In this document: positions 51,846-64,000 of the stretch, one piece after another | How the letters are laid out: each line of letters opens with the position of its first letter | Numbering within the stretch: position 1 is the first letter of the stretch | Source of the DNA: Octopus sinensis | Taxonomy: Eukaryota | NCBI RefSeq assembly: GCF_006345805.1 | Contig: NC_043004.1 | Location: 24,924,001-24,988,000 of the forward strand | Reading direction: 5' to 3' | DNA length: 64,000 nucleotides | The notes under the pieces: model-generated | The model's input: only the letters and a program-made list of their open reading frames with translations | What the model was told of the DNA's origin: nothing | Database searches by the model: none | Program-made: the position numbers and the translations under genes

Positions 51846-52525
51846 AAATCAAGGTTACGTAAACCGTGTACATTATGAAATATAAGGTTGAGTCCTTCGA
51901 GAGTGATGTCCCTTGGATTGGTCTTTGCCGTCCAAAGCAAACAGCAGTTTCGGTCAACATACAGTCTTCCTTGAACGTGTTTAAATGATTGATGTAAGAT
52001 GAAGGCGTGACAGGAGAGTGAAAGAGCAGAAGGGTAGTGGGGAGTTATTTACCCAGTTTTCGAAGAAGTATAATGTGTATGGTGGTGGTGGTGGTAGTGG
52101 AATGTTATTAAGAGAGAGCAAGGTAGTGAGAGAATGAAAAGTAGGGAGACGGTGAGGACGATCGAACGCGAGGTGAAAGGCAGTGAGGGAAAAATAATCA
52201 AATGGTGGGGGTACTAGGTGAGTGGCAGTACAAAAAGGTGGGATTTGAAGAACCAAACTGTGTTAGAAGGTGTTATTACAAGAAGGGATGAATATGAGGA
52301 AGGGTGAAAGAATTTCAAAAGGGTCATCACTTCTCGGTAGTACTCAACACACACACACACACACACACACAGGTATACGTACATTGGTCACAATGCGTTC
52401 GCATTGTTTTAGCCTTCGAATGACGCCGCCCCGCTGGCTAAGCGAGCCGGCGAACAGAAGAAAGAGTGGGAGAAAGAGTACAGCAGGGATCACCACCCCC
52501 TGCCGGAGCCTCGTGGAGCTTTTAG

Positions 52526-53290
<765 letters not shown>

Positions 53291-53577
53291 TTTTGCCGAA
53301 CCGCTAAGTTACGTAAACACACCAGCATCGGTTGTCAAGCGATGTTGGGGAGGACAGACACACAGACACACACACACACACACACATAAACACACGACGG
53401 GCTTCTTTCAGTTTTCGTCTACCAAATCCACTCACAAGAGTTTGTTCAGTCCGAGGCTATAATAGCAGACATATGCCCAAGGTGCCACGCAGTGAGGCTG
53501 AACCCGGAACCATGTGGTTGGTAAGCAAGCTACTTACCACACAGCCACTCTTGCGCCTATAAAACGTAAAGATAGAA

Positions 53578-54860
53578 GAAATACCTATTTTTATACTGCC
53601 CACAAGGGGCTACACACAGAGGGGACAAACAAGGACAGACAAACGGATTAAGTCGATTATATCGACCCCGAAAGGATGAAAGGCAAAGTCGACCTTGGCG
53701 GAATTTGAACTCAGAACGTAACGGCAGATAAAATACCTATTTCTTTACTACCCACAAGGGGCTAAACACAGAGAGGACAGACAAACGGATCGAGTCGATT
53801 ATATCGACCCCAGTGCGGAATTTGAACTCAGAACGTAGCGGCAGACGAAATACCGCTAAGCATTTCGCCCGGCGTGCTAACGATTCTGCCAGCTTGCCGC
53901 CTTTATGGAATAAAATAACGTAATGTAAAAATATATACGCTAAAATAAAACGAAATAAAATAAGAAATGCTTCCAACAAAATAAAGCAAAATAAAGAGGA
54001 AATGTTGGCAAGATTCAGTTGACAAAAAACAAAGCCTTTTAAAATTATTAAGTAAAAATAAGATTTTTTTTTTTCAGCCAAAAGGCGGTGAGCTGGCAGT
54101 AACGTTAGCACGCCGGGCGAAATGCTTAGCAGGATTTCATCTGCCGCTACGTTCTGAGTTCAAATTCCGCCGAGGCCGACTTTGCCTTTCATCCTTTCGG
54201 GTTCGATTAAATAAGTACCAGTTACGCACTGGGGTCGATATAATCGACTTAATCCGTTTGTCTGTCCTCTCTGTGTTTAGCCCCTTGTGGGTAGTAAAGA
54301 AATAGGTATTTTATCTGCCGTTACGTTCTGAGTTCAAATTCCGCCGAGGTCGACTTTGCGTTTCATCCTTTCGGGGTCGATTAAATAAGTACCAGTTACG
54401 CACTGGGGTCGATATGATCGACTTAATCCGTTTGTCTGTCCTTGTTTGTCCTCTCTGTGTTTAGCCCCTTGTGGGTAGTAAAGAAATAGGTATTTTATCT
54501 GCCGTTACGTTCTGAGTTCAAATTCCGCCGAGGTCGACTTTGCCTTTCGGGGTCGATTAAATAAGTACCAGTTACGCACTGGGGTCGATATGATCGACTT
54601 AATCCGTTTGCCTGTCCTTGTTTGTCGCCTTTATGTTTAACTCCTTGTGGGCAATAAAGAAATAAGAATCGTTTACATGCTTAGCGGCATTTCGTCAATC
54701 TTCCCGTTCTGAATACAAGTGCCGCCGAGGTTGACTTTGCCTTCCATCCTTTCAGAGTCGATAAAATAAGTACCAGTTGAACACTGGAGTCGATGTGATC
54801 GGCTTTACCCACTTTTCCGGAATTGCCAGCCTTGTGCCGAAATTTAAAATTGGTATTTTT
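53578..54860. mobile_element. Divergent pair of SINE B multimers (minus dimer 53578-53902; plus trimer/tetramer 54083-54860)
   Basis: ~175-185-bp body repeated head-to-tail at ggtattt(t)atctgccg junctions (54305, 54489). Confidence 0.85.
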
Positions 54861-55330
54861 CAGGCTTATGTGAAATAGCTTTGAGTAACATTTTACTACT
54901 AGAGGTATTCTGGTGCCAAATTCGAGTCAGGGTAATTCCAAAAGATTTCCGAATCGAAGAATTTCCAAGAAATTTCAAAACATCAAAAAGCATCGAAGAA
55001 ATGTGTTTGCATTTTTATATTTCTTTCGCAGCCAGGCCTTTTAATACTTAAATTATAAGTTCTTCTCCTTCACGCTGTGTAATCCATAAAATATATATTG
55101 CGTAAGTTGTGACTGTGCAGTAAAAAGTTTGCTTCCCAACAACAACATGGTTTTGGGTTCGATTCCACTTTGTGGCTCGATGGGCAAGATACGTATCTTC
55201 TAATATAGTCCCCGGGCCGACCAAAGCCCTGTGAGAAGATTTAACAGAGGAAAATTACATAAGCCCGTCATATATATATGTATGTATGTGTATGTATGTG
55301 TGTGTGTATGTGTGTGTATGTATGTATGTA

Positions 55331-55365
<35 letters not shown>

Positions 55366-55386
55366 ATGCATGTGTGTGTGTGTGTA

Positions 55387-56674
55387 TTGGGTTGGCAACC
55401 AAATTCCCGCCGTTTTTTTTAATTTTGGAATTTATTGCGTTATTAAATTTTGGAATCTATCTTTTTTCGAGAATTCTATTTTTGAATCATTTTGGAATCT
55501 ACTTTTTTTTTCTGGTTAGTTTTAGTTAATTTTTATTTATTTTCAGATCATTAAAATGAAATGTCAAGTTAAGAAAAACGAGCATTTTCGACACCTCCTT
55601 CTTTTTGCTTTTAATCAAGACTCTAAGGCCGCAAAAGCTGCTCGCAACATTTGTGCTGTGTATGGAGAGGGTGCCATAGCTGAAAGAACCGCTCGTGATT
55701 GGTATGCCAAGTTCAAAAATGGGAATTTTGACCTCAAAGACGCACCTCGTTTTGGCCGTTCAGTTGAGTTCGATGAAGAGCGATTAAACCAACTTTTGCA
55801 CGAAAATTCTCGTCAAACGATAAGGGAACTGGCAGAGAAAATGGAATGCTCCCACACTGCTATAGAGAAGCATCTTCACTCGATGGGAAAGGTTGAGAAG
55901 TATGGAGGATGGGTTCCACATGCTTTAAGTGACAACAACAAAAATTAACGAGTCACAATCTCCGCTGGTTTGCTCGCTCGTCACCGCTCAATTCATGGAC
56001 ACAAGCAACGATTTCTTTACCGAATCGTTACTGGCAACGAAAAATGGTGCCTGTACATCAATATGAAGCAGCATAAGGAATGGCTTAGCCCCGGTAAACA
56101 GGCGACACCGCGTGTGAAACAAGTTCTTCATCCACGTAAAACGATGTTGTGCGTATGGTGGGACTGGAAAGGGCTTATCCATTACGAATTGCTTGAACGG
56201 AACCAAACGGTCAACGCGGAACTCTATGTTCAACTGATGGAACAACTCAACACGGCTATTCAAGAGAAAAGACCTAATCGTCAGCATGGAGTTCTTCTGC
56301 TGCACGACAACGCCCGCCCTCATTGCCAATATGACCAAGGAAGCCATTCAAACGCATGGCTGGGAAGTGTTGCCACACCTGGGAAGTCCCAGCCATGGCA
56401 CCAACGGATTCCCACCTCTTTCGATCTCTTTCAAATGCTATGTACGGAGTTTCGTTCAATACTGATGCAGAATTGAGAGCTTGGTTGGATTAATTTTTCG
56501 AGTCGAAATCGGGTGATTTTTTACCAACGAGGTATTGAAAATCTTGTTGAACGTTGGGAAGAAGTTGTAAACAACAAGGGTGAATACATTATTGATTAAT
56601 TAGTTGTTATTTTTTATTAAACCTTTTAAAAAATTAAAATAAAAAAACCGGTGGGAACTTAGTTGCCAACCTAA
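55387..56674 (+). mobile_element. Near full-length mariner (1288 bp; mellifera-like), transposase pseudogenised
   Basis: TIRs ttgggttggcaaccaaattcccgccg / ccggtgggaacttagttgccaacctaa with TA TSDs. ORF 55556-56599 has WVPHAL, TGNEKW (D->N) and HDNARPH, a stop at 55946 and a frameshift after HDNARPH. Confidence 0.95.
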
Positions 56675-57046
56675 TATGCATCACGTGTGTGTGTGTGTGT
56701 GCGCGTGTGTGTCTTTCTGTTTGTGTTGTTTGTCCCCCACCATTACTTGACAGATAACCGGTGCTGGTTTGTTTACGTCCCTGTAAATAAGCGGTTTGGC
56801 GAAAAGAGATTGATAGAATAAGCACTAGATTTAAAAGTAAGTAATGGGATCGGTTTGTTTGACTAAACCTTTCGAGGCGGTGCCCCAGCATGGCCGCAGT
56901 CCAATGACTTAAACAGATAAATGATAGAATATCCATCAAAAGCGCAAAAATGTAAATTAAGTTAGCCAGTATGCTGTAATCTAATTTATAACTGCTTTAT
57001 ATAACAAATCAGCATCCTTTTGACCGGGGAAAGGAAGCTGGGCACA

Positions 57047-57094
57047 TCTTCTCTGAGGAACGGTCAACCAACCGTTAAACGCTCCGTCAGGAAA
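57047..57094 (+). ncRNA. Minimal type I hammerhead ribozyme, probably inactive (G12->U)
   Basis: UCUUCU-CUGAGGA-ACGGU/caacca/ACCGU-UAAAC-gcucc-GUC-AGGAAA. Every core element is present except G12. Confidence 0.6.
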
Positions 57095-57414
57095 CATCCA
57101 ACCTCTTTTATTCCGCACACCAAAAGCATAAAGGGAACGAATTTACATTTTAATATTTCTTTTATGGCAAGGCATTATCATATCTAAATGTTATAATATA
57201 TTTATGTAAATATAAAATATTAATTCCATAACAACAGTCTCTTTATCAGGCAACTAGGTTGCATTAAGGCTAATCATCTCGGCTGATGATGATTCCTGTT
57301 AGTACGACAACGGTTCGGCGTATAACGAGTGAGTTATTAAAAGGAACAGAAAGGCAATATGATAAACAGATGTATGTGTGTGTATGAGTGAGAGAGAGAT
57401 AGAGGGAGAGAGAG

Positions 57415-57446
<32 letters not shown>

Positions 57447-57614
57447 AAGAGGAAATGTGCGCGAATATAGAAATAATATTATTAACAGCAGGTTGCAACT
57501 AATTATTGCATATGAAAACAAATTGAAATTAATTATTATTAGATAGACAATTTTCCCCCACTAGGGTATATATGTACGTACGTACGTATATATATACACT
57601 ATATATATGTGTGC

Positions 57615-57656
<42 letters not shown>

Positions 57657-58522
57657 TTTATTCATTACTGTTTTCAATTTCGTTTTCGTCTCTTGTATTC
57701 ACATCCGTCTTGTGCGTTCACATTCCTGTCTTCTACCAAGAAATCTAATGCTTACAGCTTAGTTTTTTTTCTTGGGGCTGGCCGAGTTGGAGCAAATATC
57801 AGAATTGAACAGCCGAAATTTGCTATGATGATTCGGTGTCTGACTGAAGATTGAAGGCTTCGAATGATTTGTCTGTGTTCCGTGTTCGTCCCTTCCTGTA
57901 TTTCACGTTCATTATATATAAAAACATTCATTCTTATATATATATATATGTATACATATGTATATAGATATATATGTATGCATTTATATATATGTATATA
58001 TATGTATATATATGTATATGTATGTATATATGTATATGTATGTATATATATGTATATGTATGTATATATAAGTATGTATATATATATGTCTGTATAGATA
58101 TATGTATATGTATATATATGTAGGTATACATATATATATATATATATATATATGCATGTATATATATATATGTGTATGTATATATATGTATGTATATATG
58201 TATGTATATATATATGTTTATATATATATATGTATGTGTATATATACGTATGTATATATATATATATATATATATATGTTTGTATATATACGTATGTATA
58301 TGTATATATATCTGTATATATATATACATGCACCATGCCACACAATCAAATGTATATATATATGTATATATATATGTATGTATACATATATATATATATG
58401 TATATATATATGTATGTATATATATGTATATATATGTATGTATATATATATATGTATGTATATGTATATATATACATATATATACACACACATATAAATA
58501 TATATATACACACACATATATA

Positions 58523-59795
58523 TTGTGTGCGATGGGTAAATTGTCACCATTTTATATTTCCTATTTCACGCATCTGCACTGTTTGTTTCTGATTTTGTTG
58601 ACTACACAGTGCAGTAGGGTCAGTTGGGCACCGTCTGTGAGAAAAACAGCAACATGACGCAATTCACTCTGCCAAAAAGTTGGAAACGATATGCTGTACC
58701 GCTTGGCATTCACACCGGAAGCTCCAACACGAACATATCAGAGTGTTTGGGTGTCAATCTGAAGACAGTGCAGAGGATTCAGAAAGAGTTAGATGAGTCT
58801 AATGGTGATTACGAAAACTCAATCTGATCGTTCTGATAAGAAATGAACTCCTGTATTTGTTGGTGAGATCCAGGCCATGATTGACAATGATCCCTTCAAG
58901 TCAATCAGGTCCATCGCCAGGGATATGGGAGTGTCTGAGTCTCTTATCAAGCAGGCAGTGCATAAAGACATTTGGTATTCCTCATACAAAATGAAAAAGG
59001 ACCAATTTTTATCTCAAGTCACCAAGGACAAGAGGAAAAACCGCGCTACGAAGTTTTCGAACAAACTCAAGCACCGAACATGCTTTAGTTTTTCTCAGAC
59101 GAGAAAAATTTCTGCCAGGATCAGATGGTGAACACACAGAACAACCGTTGGCTTGCGTGTCAACAAAGAATGTACCGAAAGTAATATAAAATCAAATGTC
59201 CAGTCAACATGATGGTGTTTGGAGTGATTACTAGTGATGGCGACGTTATGCCTCCATTCATCTTCCCACACGGCCTCACACTCAAACACGGAGGCCTACA
59301 CCAAGTGCCTTGAGGAAGTAGTGCTGCTTTGGGTGAAAAGGATGGCTGGTGGAAGACCCTATGTCTGACAACAGGACTCTGCACCATGCCACACAATCAG
59401 CAGAACCCAGTTATGGCTGTCAAACAATTTCTGTTTCTGCAACCACATCACCCCTAACATCTGGCCACCTATCTCCCCAGACTGCAGCACCCTTGATTAT
59501 TATGTGTGGGGTGCAGTTGAGCGAGAGATCAGTTTGTAAAACCAAAGATGAACTGAAGGCAAGGGTTATGGCAGCATTCACCAACTTAAACAAGGAGACC
59601 ATCCAGATAAGTTGCAAGAGATTCCGAAGTCGTCTGGAGGCCGTGGTTAAAGCCAATGGCGATTTTATTGAATAAATTTACTCTTTAGTATTTCAAGATA
59701 TTTTTATGTAATTTTGGTAAATATATCTGTTAAAATGAGATGTCAATGTTTTCATTTTTCCGTAATGTAGATGACAATTTATTCATCGCACTATG
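58523..59795 (+). mobile_element. Full-length decayed maT/DD37D element (1273 bp)
   Basis: TIRs (gtgcgatgggtaaattgtca / tgacaatttattcatcgcac) with TA flanks; FSDEKNFCQDQMVNTQNNRW, MVFGVITSDG, QQDSAPCH...WPPISPDCSTLDY. Confidence 0.9.
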
Positions 59796-59884
59796 TACAT
59801 ACGTGTGTGTATGTGTGTGTTCATATATATATATATATATATATAAAACTATATGTACATATTTATGCATATATAGATATGCAT

Positions 59885-59944
<60 letters not shown>

Positions 59945-60574
59945 GTGTGTGTGTGTCTATATATATGCATATATATATGTATCTATATATATATATGTAT
60001 ATGTGCGTGTGTATCTGTGTGTGTATTCATATATATCTATACATACATACGTGTGTGAACATGTGTGCGTGCTTAATATGTATATATCTACAAACACACA
60101 CACGCACACGCACACAGACACACATACGAATGTGTGTGTGTATGTGTGCGTGTGTGTGGGCATATGTGTGTGTGTATGAGTGCGCGCAAGTATTACATTC
60201 AGCTAACGAAATAAAGACGTTTATGTTGTTAAAATGCATTGAAAAGGACAAGGGTCATATCGAAATAGGAAGTTAAAGTATTATTATAAATAGTTGAGGA
60301 AAGACAATCCTTTTGGAATATGTTGCAATGAAAATAAAAAAGCAGGTAAAAATAAATATTGTTTGTATATTGCCAGAGGCTTTATTTCTTATTACGGCAA
60401 AAGAAAATAAAAGAGCAAAGCCGGATCTAGTTGCCGTTACTGAATCATGGAGTGTAAGCAGATATAACCAACTGAATTGAAATATGTTTTGAAAGGTTAA
60501 GCAAGGGTTAGGAAGGGTGAAGATTTTTAAAACAGAAAGATCTCCACCGAAACTTTATTTCATTCTCTTTTATA

Positions 60575-61000
60575 TCTAAGATAAACAAGGCCGAGGCGCT
60601 GTCGGCATCCTTTCCCAGCTCGAGCCAGCGGGGCTAGAGCAAGGGGGCGATAAAAGGCCTGACGGTATGACAGTTTTCCCATTCTGTGACGGTAGGCTTC
60701 TCATCTGGGATGCCACGTGTTGTGACACCGCCAGCGGCAACTTGGTGTGTTCAGCAACCAGCCCAGGTGGCTCGTCAAGGTATCGGTCACCCTCTGACAG
60801 GTTCATGGTCGAGCCTGTGCAATGGAGACCTCCGGCGCTCTCGTCCTTCCGGGTCATATCCCTGCTCACCGATATCGGGGCAGAGATGACCGTCCGTAAG
60901 TGCAAGCCACGTGAGTCAGAATGGCAACTCCCTTGCCATCCTCTGGAGCAAGACCTTTTCCATTTTGTCTGCTGGGGCCATGAGGCGTTCTGAATTACAA
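60575..61000 (+). mobile_element. 5'-truncated CRE-clade LINE 3' end (restriction-like endonuclease)
   Basis: GLEQGGDKRPDGMTVFPFCDGRLLIWDATCCDT; later METSGAL, DIG..M and PRESEW after a frameshift. Confidence 0.75.
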
Positions 61001-61770
61001 GAAATTGTATGTTCCACTCTGTAATGTAAAATTACCCCATATAAACCGCCCTCATTCCTTTTTCACTGAGCATAAAAATAATTTTGTAAGGCCGGATCAA
61101 CAACGACGAAGATTTACTTGAATTAACGTGTAAGTGGCTGAGTATTCCACGGCACTTGTGTCCTTTGTATAAATTTCTGACAGAATCAACGCGACACAAT
61201 GCATAACAAGGTTAAATTGCCGGTAAATTGTCCTTTTTGAATCAGAGGTACAACTCACTCTTCAGATTTCTGTTCATTTCCCCGTTTATCTATTTCACTT
61301 ACAACGTGTGGGCCAACCTGATGCTAAGGAGATTACATTACTTATCCAAGATACTATGCAACACGGATTTCATGGTTGCGAAGTGTATTTCTTAACCTTT
61401 CAACCACATTGCATCTATAGTTGGATATACAAGTATACAATACCTAACTAAAACAACGAGTATCATATTGGTTATTATTTTATCGTTTTATCGATATCAG
61501 GTGGATGAAAGACAATCTCTGTGCAGAATGTGATCACCGAAAGTAGATGTACAATCATACTCGTAAAAAGCCATTTATTATGAGCAGAGAAAATACTATT
61601 ATTATTATTTATTTTGTTAGAGAGAATTTATAGTTAATTATGTGGATTCAATATGTTACTGGTATTTATTTAAGGAATCCTTAGATCCTGGTGGGATCTG
61701 AAATGAAAAAGTAGAAAAAGAATTCTAACGATAGTTTCTAGCAACTCGCTGTCTTTTCCCCTCCTTATTA

Positions 61771-62170
61771 TATTGATTTCTAATTTTGGCGCAAGGCTAG
61801 CAATTTCGGATGGAGGGGTGAGTCGATTACATCGACCCCAGTGCTCAACTGGTACTTATCTTATCGACTCCGGTAGGATGAAAGGCAAAGTCGTCCTCGC
61901 ACTATTTGAACTCTGAACATAAAGACGGACGAAGTACCTATTTCTTTACTGCCCACAAGAGGCTACACACAGAGGGGACAAACAAGGACAGACAAAGGGA
62001 TTAAGTCGATTAGATCGACCCAAGTCTGTAACTGGTATTTAATTTATCGACCCCGAAAGGATGAAAGGCAAAGTCGACCTCGGCGGAATTTAAGCTCAGA
62101 ACGTAACGGCAGACGAAATACCGCTAAGTATTTTGCCCGGCGTGCTAACGATTCTACCAGCTCGCAGCCT
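61771..62170 (-). mobile_element. Dimeric SINE B
   Basis: Complete B monomer joined to a second body with an alternative tail. Confidence 0.8.
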
Positions 62171-62539
62171 TTCTTCCTTACTACTTTAGTTTGTAACAAC
62201 ATTGAGACAGAGTCACTCATTTCAGAGCAAGAGCTACAGTTGATTGGATCGAGCTCAGAAATTGATTGGCAGTTTCTGTCATTGAAACACGACTTTTCTT
62301 TTCTTAACAAACAATTTTTTTATTGAAACGACTCTTCGAGAGCGTTTTATCCAAATTTCTTTCCGATTTTTTAATTCCCGAACAATTTTAAATATTGAGA
62401 AGTGTTGATATAAAATACTTATACATATATAATTATTTTACAAATTTTTTTTTTATAAAATCATTCTAAGAAAAGTTTCATTGATAAAAGTCGTTTCGAT
62501 AATAAGTCGTCCAATGAGGTGTAGTTCTACAAAAAGTTG

Positions 62540-64000
62540 CTCAATAAAAAATCGCCGTACCTCAGGTAATAATATAGTAACAAAACACCGAAATTCAGAG
62601 ATTCTGATGCAAAAGAAGTGTATGAAAAGAGTGTTTCTATAAGTTGTGACATTAATCTCTGTTGTGATGGGAGATTTCAACGCAAATGTTGGAAACGGCA
62701 ACAGGGTGAGAAACATGGTGGAAAATTTGGGAGGGAGAAATGAAGGAGAACGATTAGTTACCATTAAAAAAATGCGAAAAATAGATGAATAAAGAAAAAA
62801 AACCTTACATCGGGAACAGCTTATTCATAAAAAAATCTGGAAAGAGATGGACCTGGATAACCCCAAATGCTCAGCATCGAAACGAGATCAGGTAAAACCT
62901 GATATACAGATGAATCGTACTGCAAGCCATCTCAGTCGTATCGCCATTCACCACTGGTAGCAACCATCGCTTGCTGAGGATGAGGTGGTGGGTGATGCTG
63001 GTGTCATCTCTCTTATCTTGATATCAGGAAGGAAACTTGGTTTTAGCTTGAAGAAATCGATAAAGATTATAATTCGCTGATCGGAAAATAGAAAGCTACA
63101 AGTGAAAAGCGAGCAATGTATAATACTCATAGGAACTGGATAGAAGGATCTGAGGAAGCAACAAAGAAAACGCTTGAGGAACGGAAGACTACGAAGAGGA
63201 ACAGGAAAGATCACCTTGAATATTCCGTTCTCAACAAGAGGATAAGACGACGTGTAGAAAGAGACTGTGAGAAGTATAAACTGAAGAAGTTGCTGTGGGT
63301 TGCAGAAAAAAGAGAAACTTTTGAAGGGCTTCTTAAAATCGTAAGTGACGACGCTCACGAACACATATGGGCTGAAAGTGACGGACAAAAGGAAAATAGA
63401 GACAGTCTACAGAATCATATGCACCAATCTTTTAAAGTCATCAGTGATGTTCGATCTTCCACCGTCACAAGTATCTTGAAGAAGCATCACTCATTTGAAA
63501 TTCTTTTCTACTCTAGGCACAAGGCCTGAAATTTTGGGGGAGGAGGGCAGTCGATTAGATCGACCCCAGTACGCAACTGGTACTTAATTTATCGACTCCG
63601 GTAGGATGAAAGGCAAAGTCGACCTCGCACTATTTGAACTCTGAACATAAAGACGGACGAAGTACCTATTTCTTTACTGCCCACAAGAGGCTACACACAG
63701 AGGCGACGAACAAGGACAGACAAACGGATTAAGTCGATTATATTGATCCCAGTGCGTAACTGGTACTTAATTTATCGACCCCGAAAGGATGAAAGGCAAA
63801 GTCGACCTCGGCGGAATTTGAACTTAGAACGTAGCGGCAGACGAAATACCGCTAAGCATTTCGCCCGGCGAGCTAATGTTTCTACTAGCTCACCGCCTTG
63901 AAGTATCACTCATTTGAAATTGAGAATGTTTTAAAGCTGGTGAAGTGAGATAATACCCCGGAAATGATGGTATAACAACTGAAAAACTAAGGAGTGGAGG
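62540..64000 (+). mobile_element. Decayed RTE LINE (endonuclease to start of RT), interrupted by a SINE dimer
   Basis: VMGDFNANVG, KRWTWITPN, TGSNHRLLR, then PGNDGITTEKL at the window end. Confidence 0.8.
63503..63899 (-). mobile_element. Dimeric SINE B with 22-bp TSD
   Basis: Flanks gaagcatcactcatttgaaatt (63481-63502) and gaagtatcactcatttgaaatt (63900-63921). Confidence 0.88.

Noticed and set aside
60400-60560. KPDLVAVTESW, an endonuclease-like motif of a LINE
   Set aside because: Too short and degraded to assign to a family.

Overview
AT-rich, microsatellite-laden eukaryotic DNA. Its SINE families and transposon mix point to an octopod cephalopod (Octopus sp.); this is inferred from repeat content. 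One protein gene is well supported: a divergent actin-like (ARP-T/ACTL7-type) gene on the + strand in three phase-compatible exons (15282/15320-15360, 16492-16672, 26406-27440; 418 aa if the ATG at 15320 is used). It keeps the ancestral actin intron at codon 41/42. The rest is mostly mobile DNA: at least four tRNA-derived SINE families, decayed RTE, R4/Dong and CRE LINEs, several mariners (one near full length), maT/DD37D, Merlin, hAT and piggyBac-like MITEs, a non-autonomous Helitron, long foldback hairpins and a 707-bp tandem triplication. The most notable unannotated signal is a type I hammerhead ribozyme with an intact catalytic core at 47136-47195, 40 nt downstream of a strong 5' splice site. 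A second hammerhead with a G12U change lies at 57047-57094 and a decayed third at ~51935-51980. Other highlights are SINE multimers and a dimer flanked by a 22-bp TSD, a double snap-back inverted duplication at TA tracts, and a CpG-content shift near 51.8 kb. All structures were read by eye; no folding, alignment or database search was run, and many repeat boundaries are approximate.
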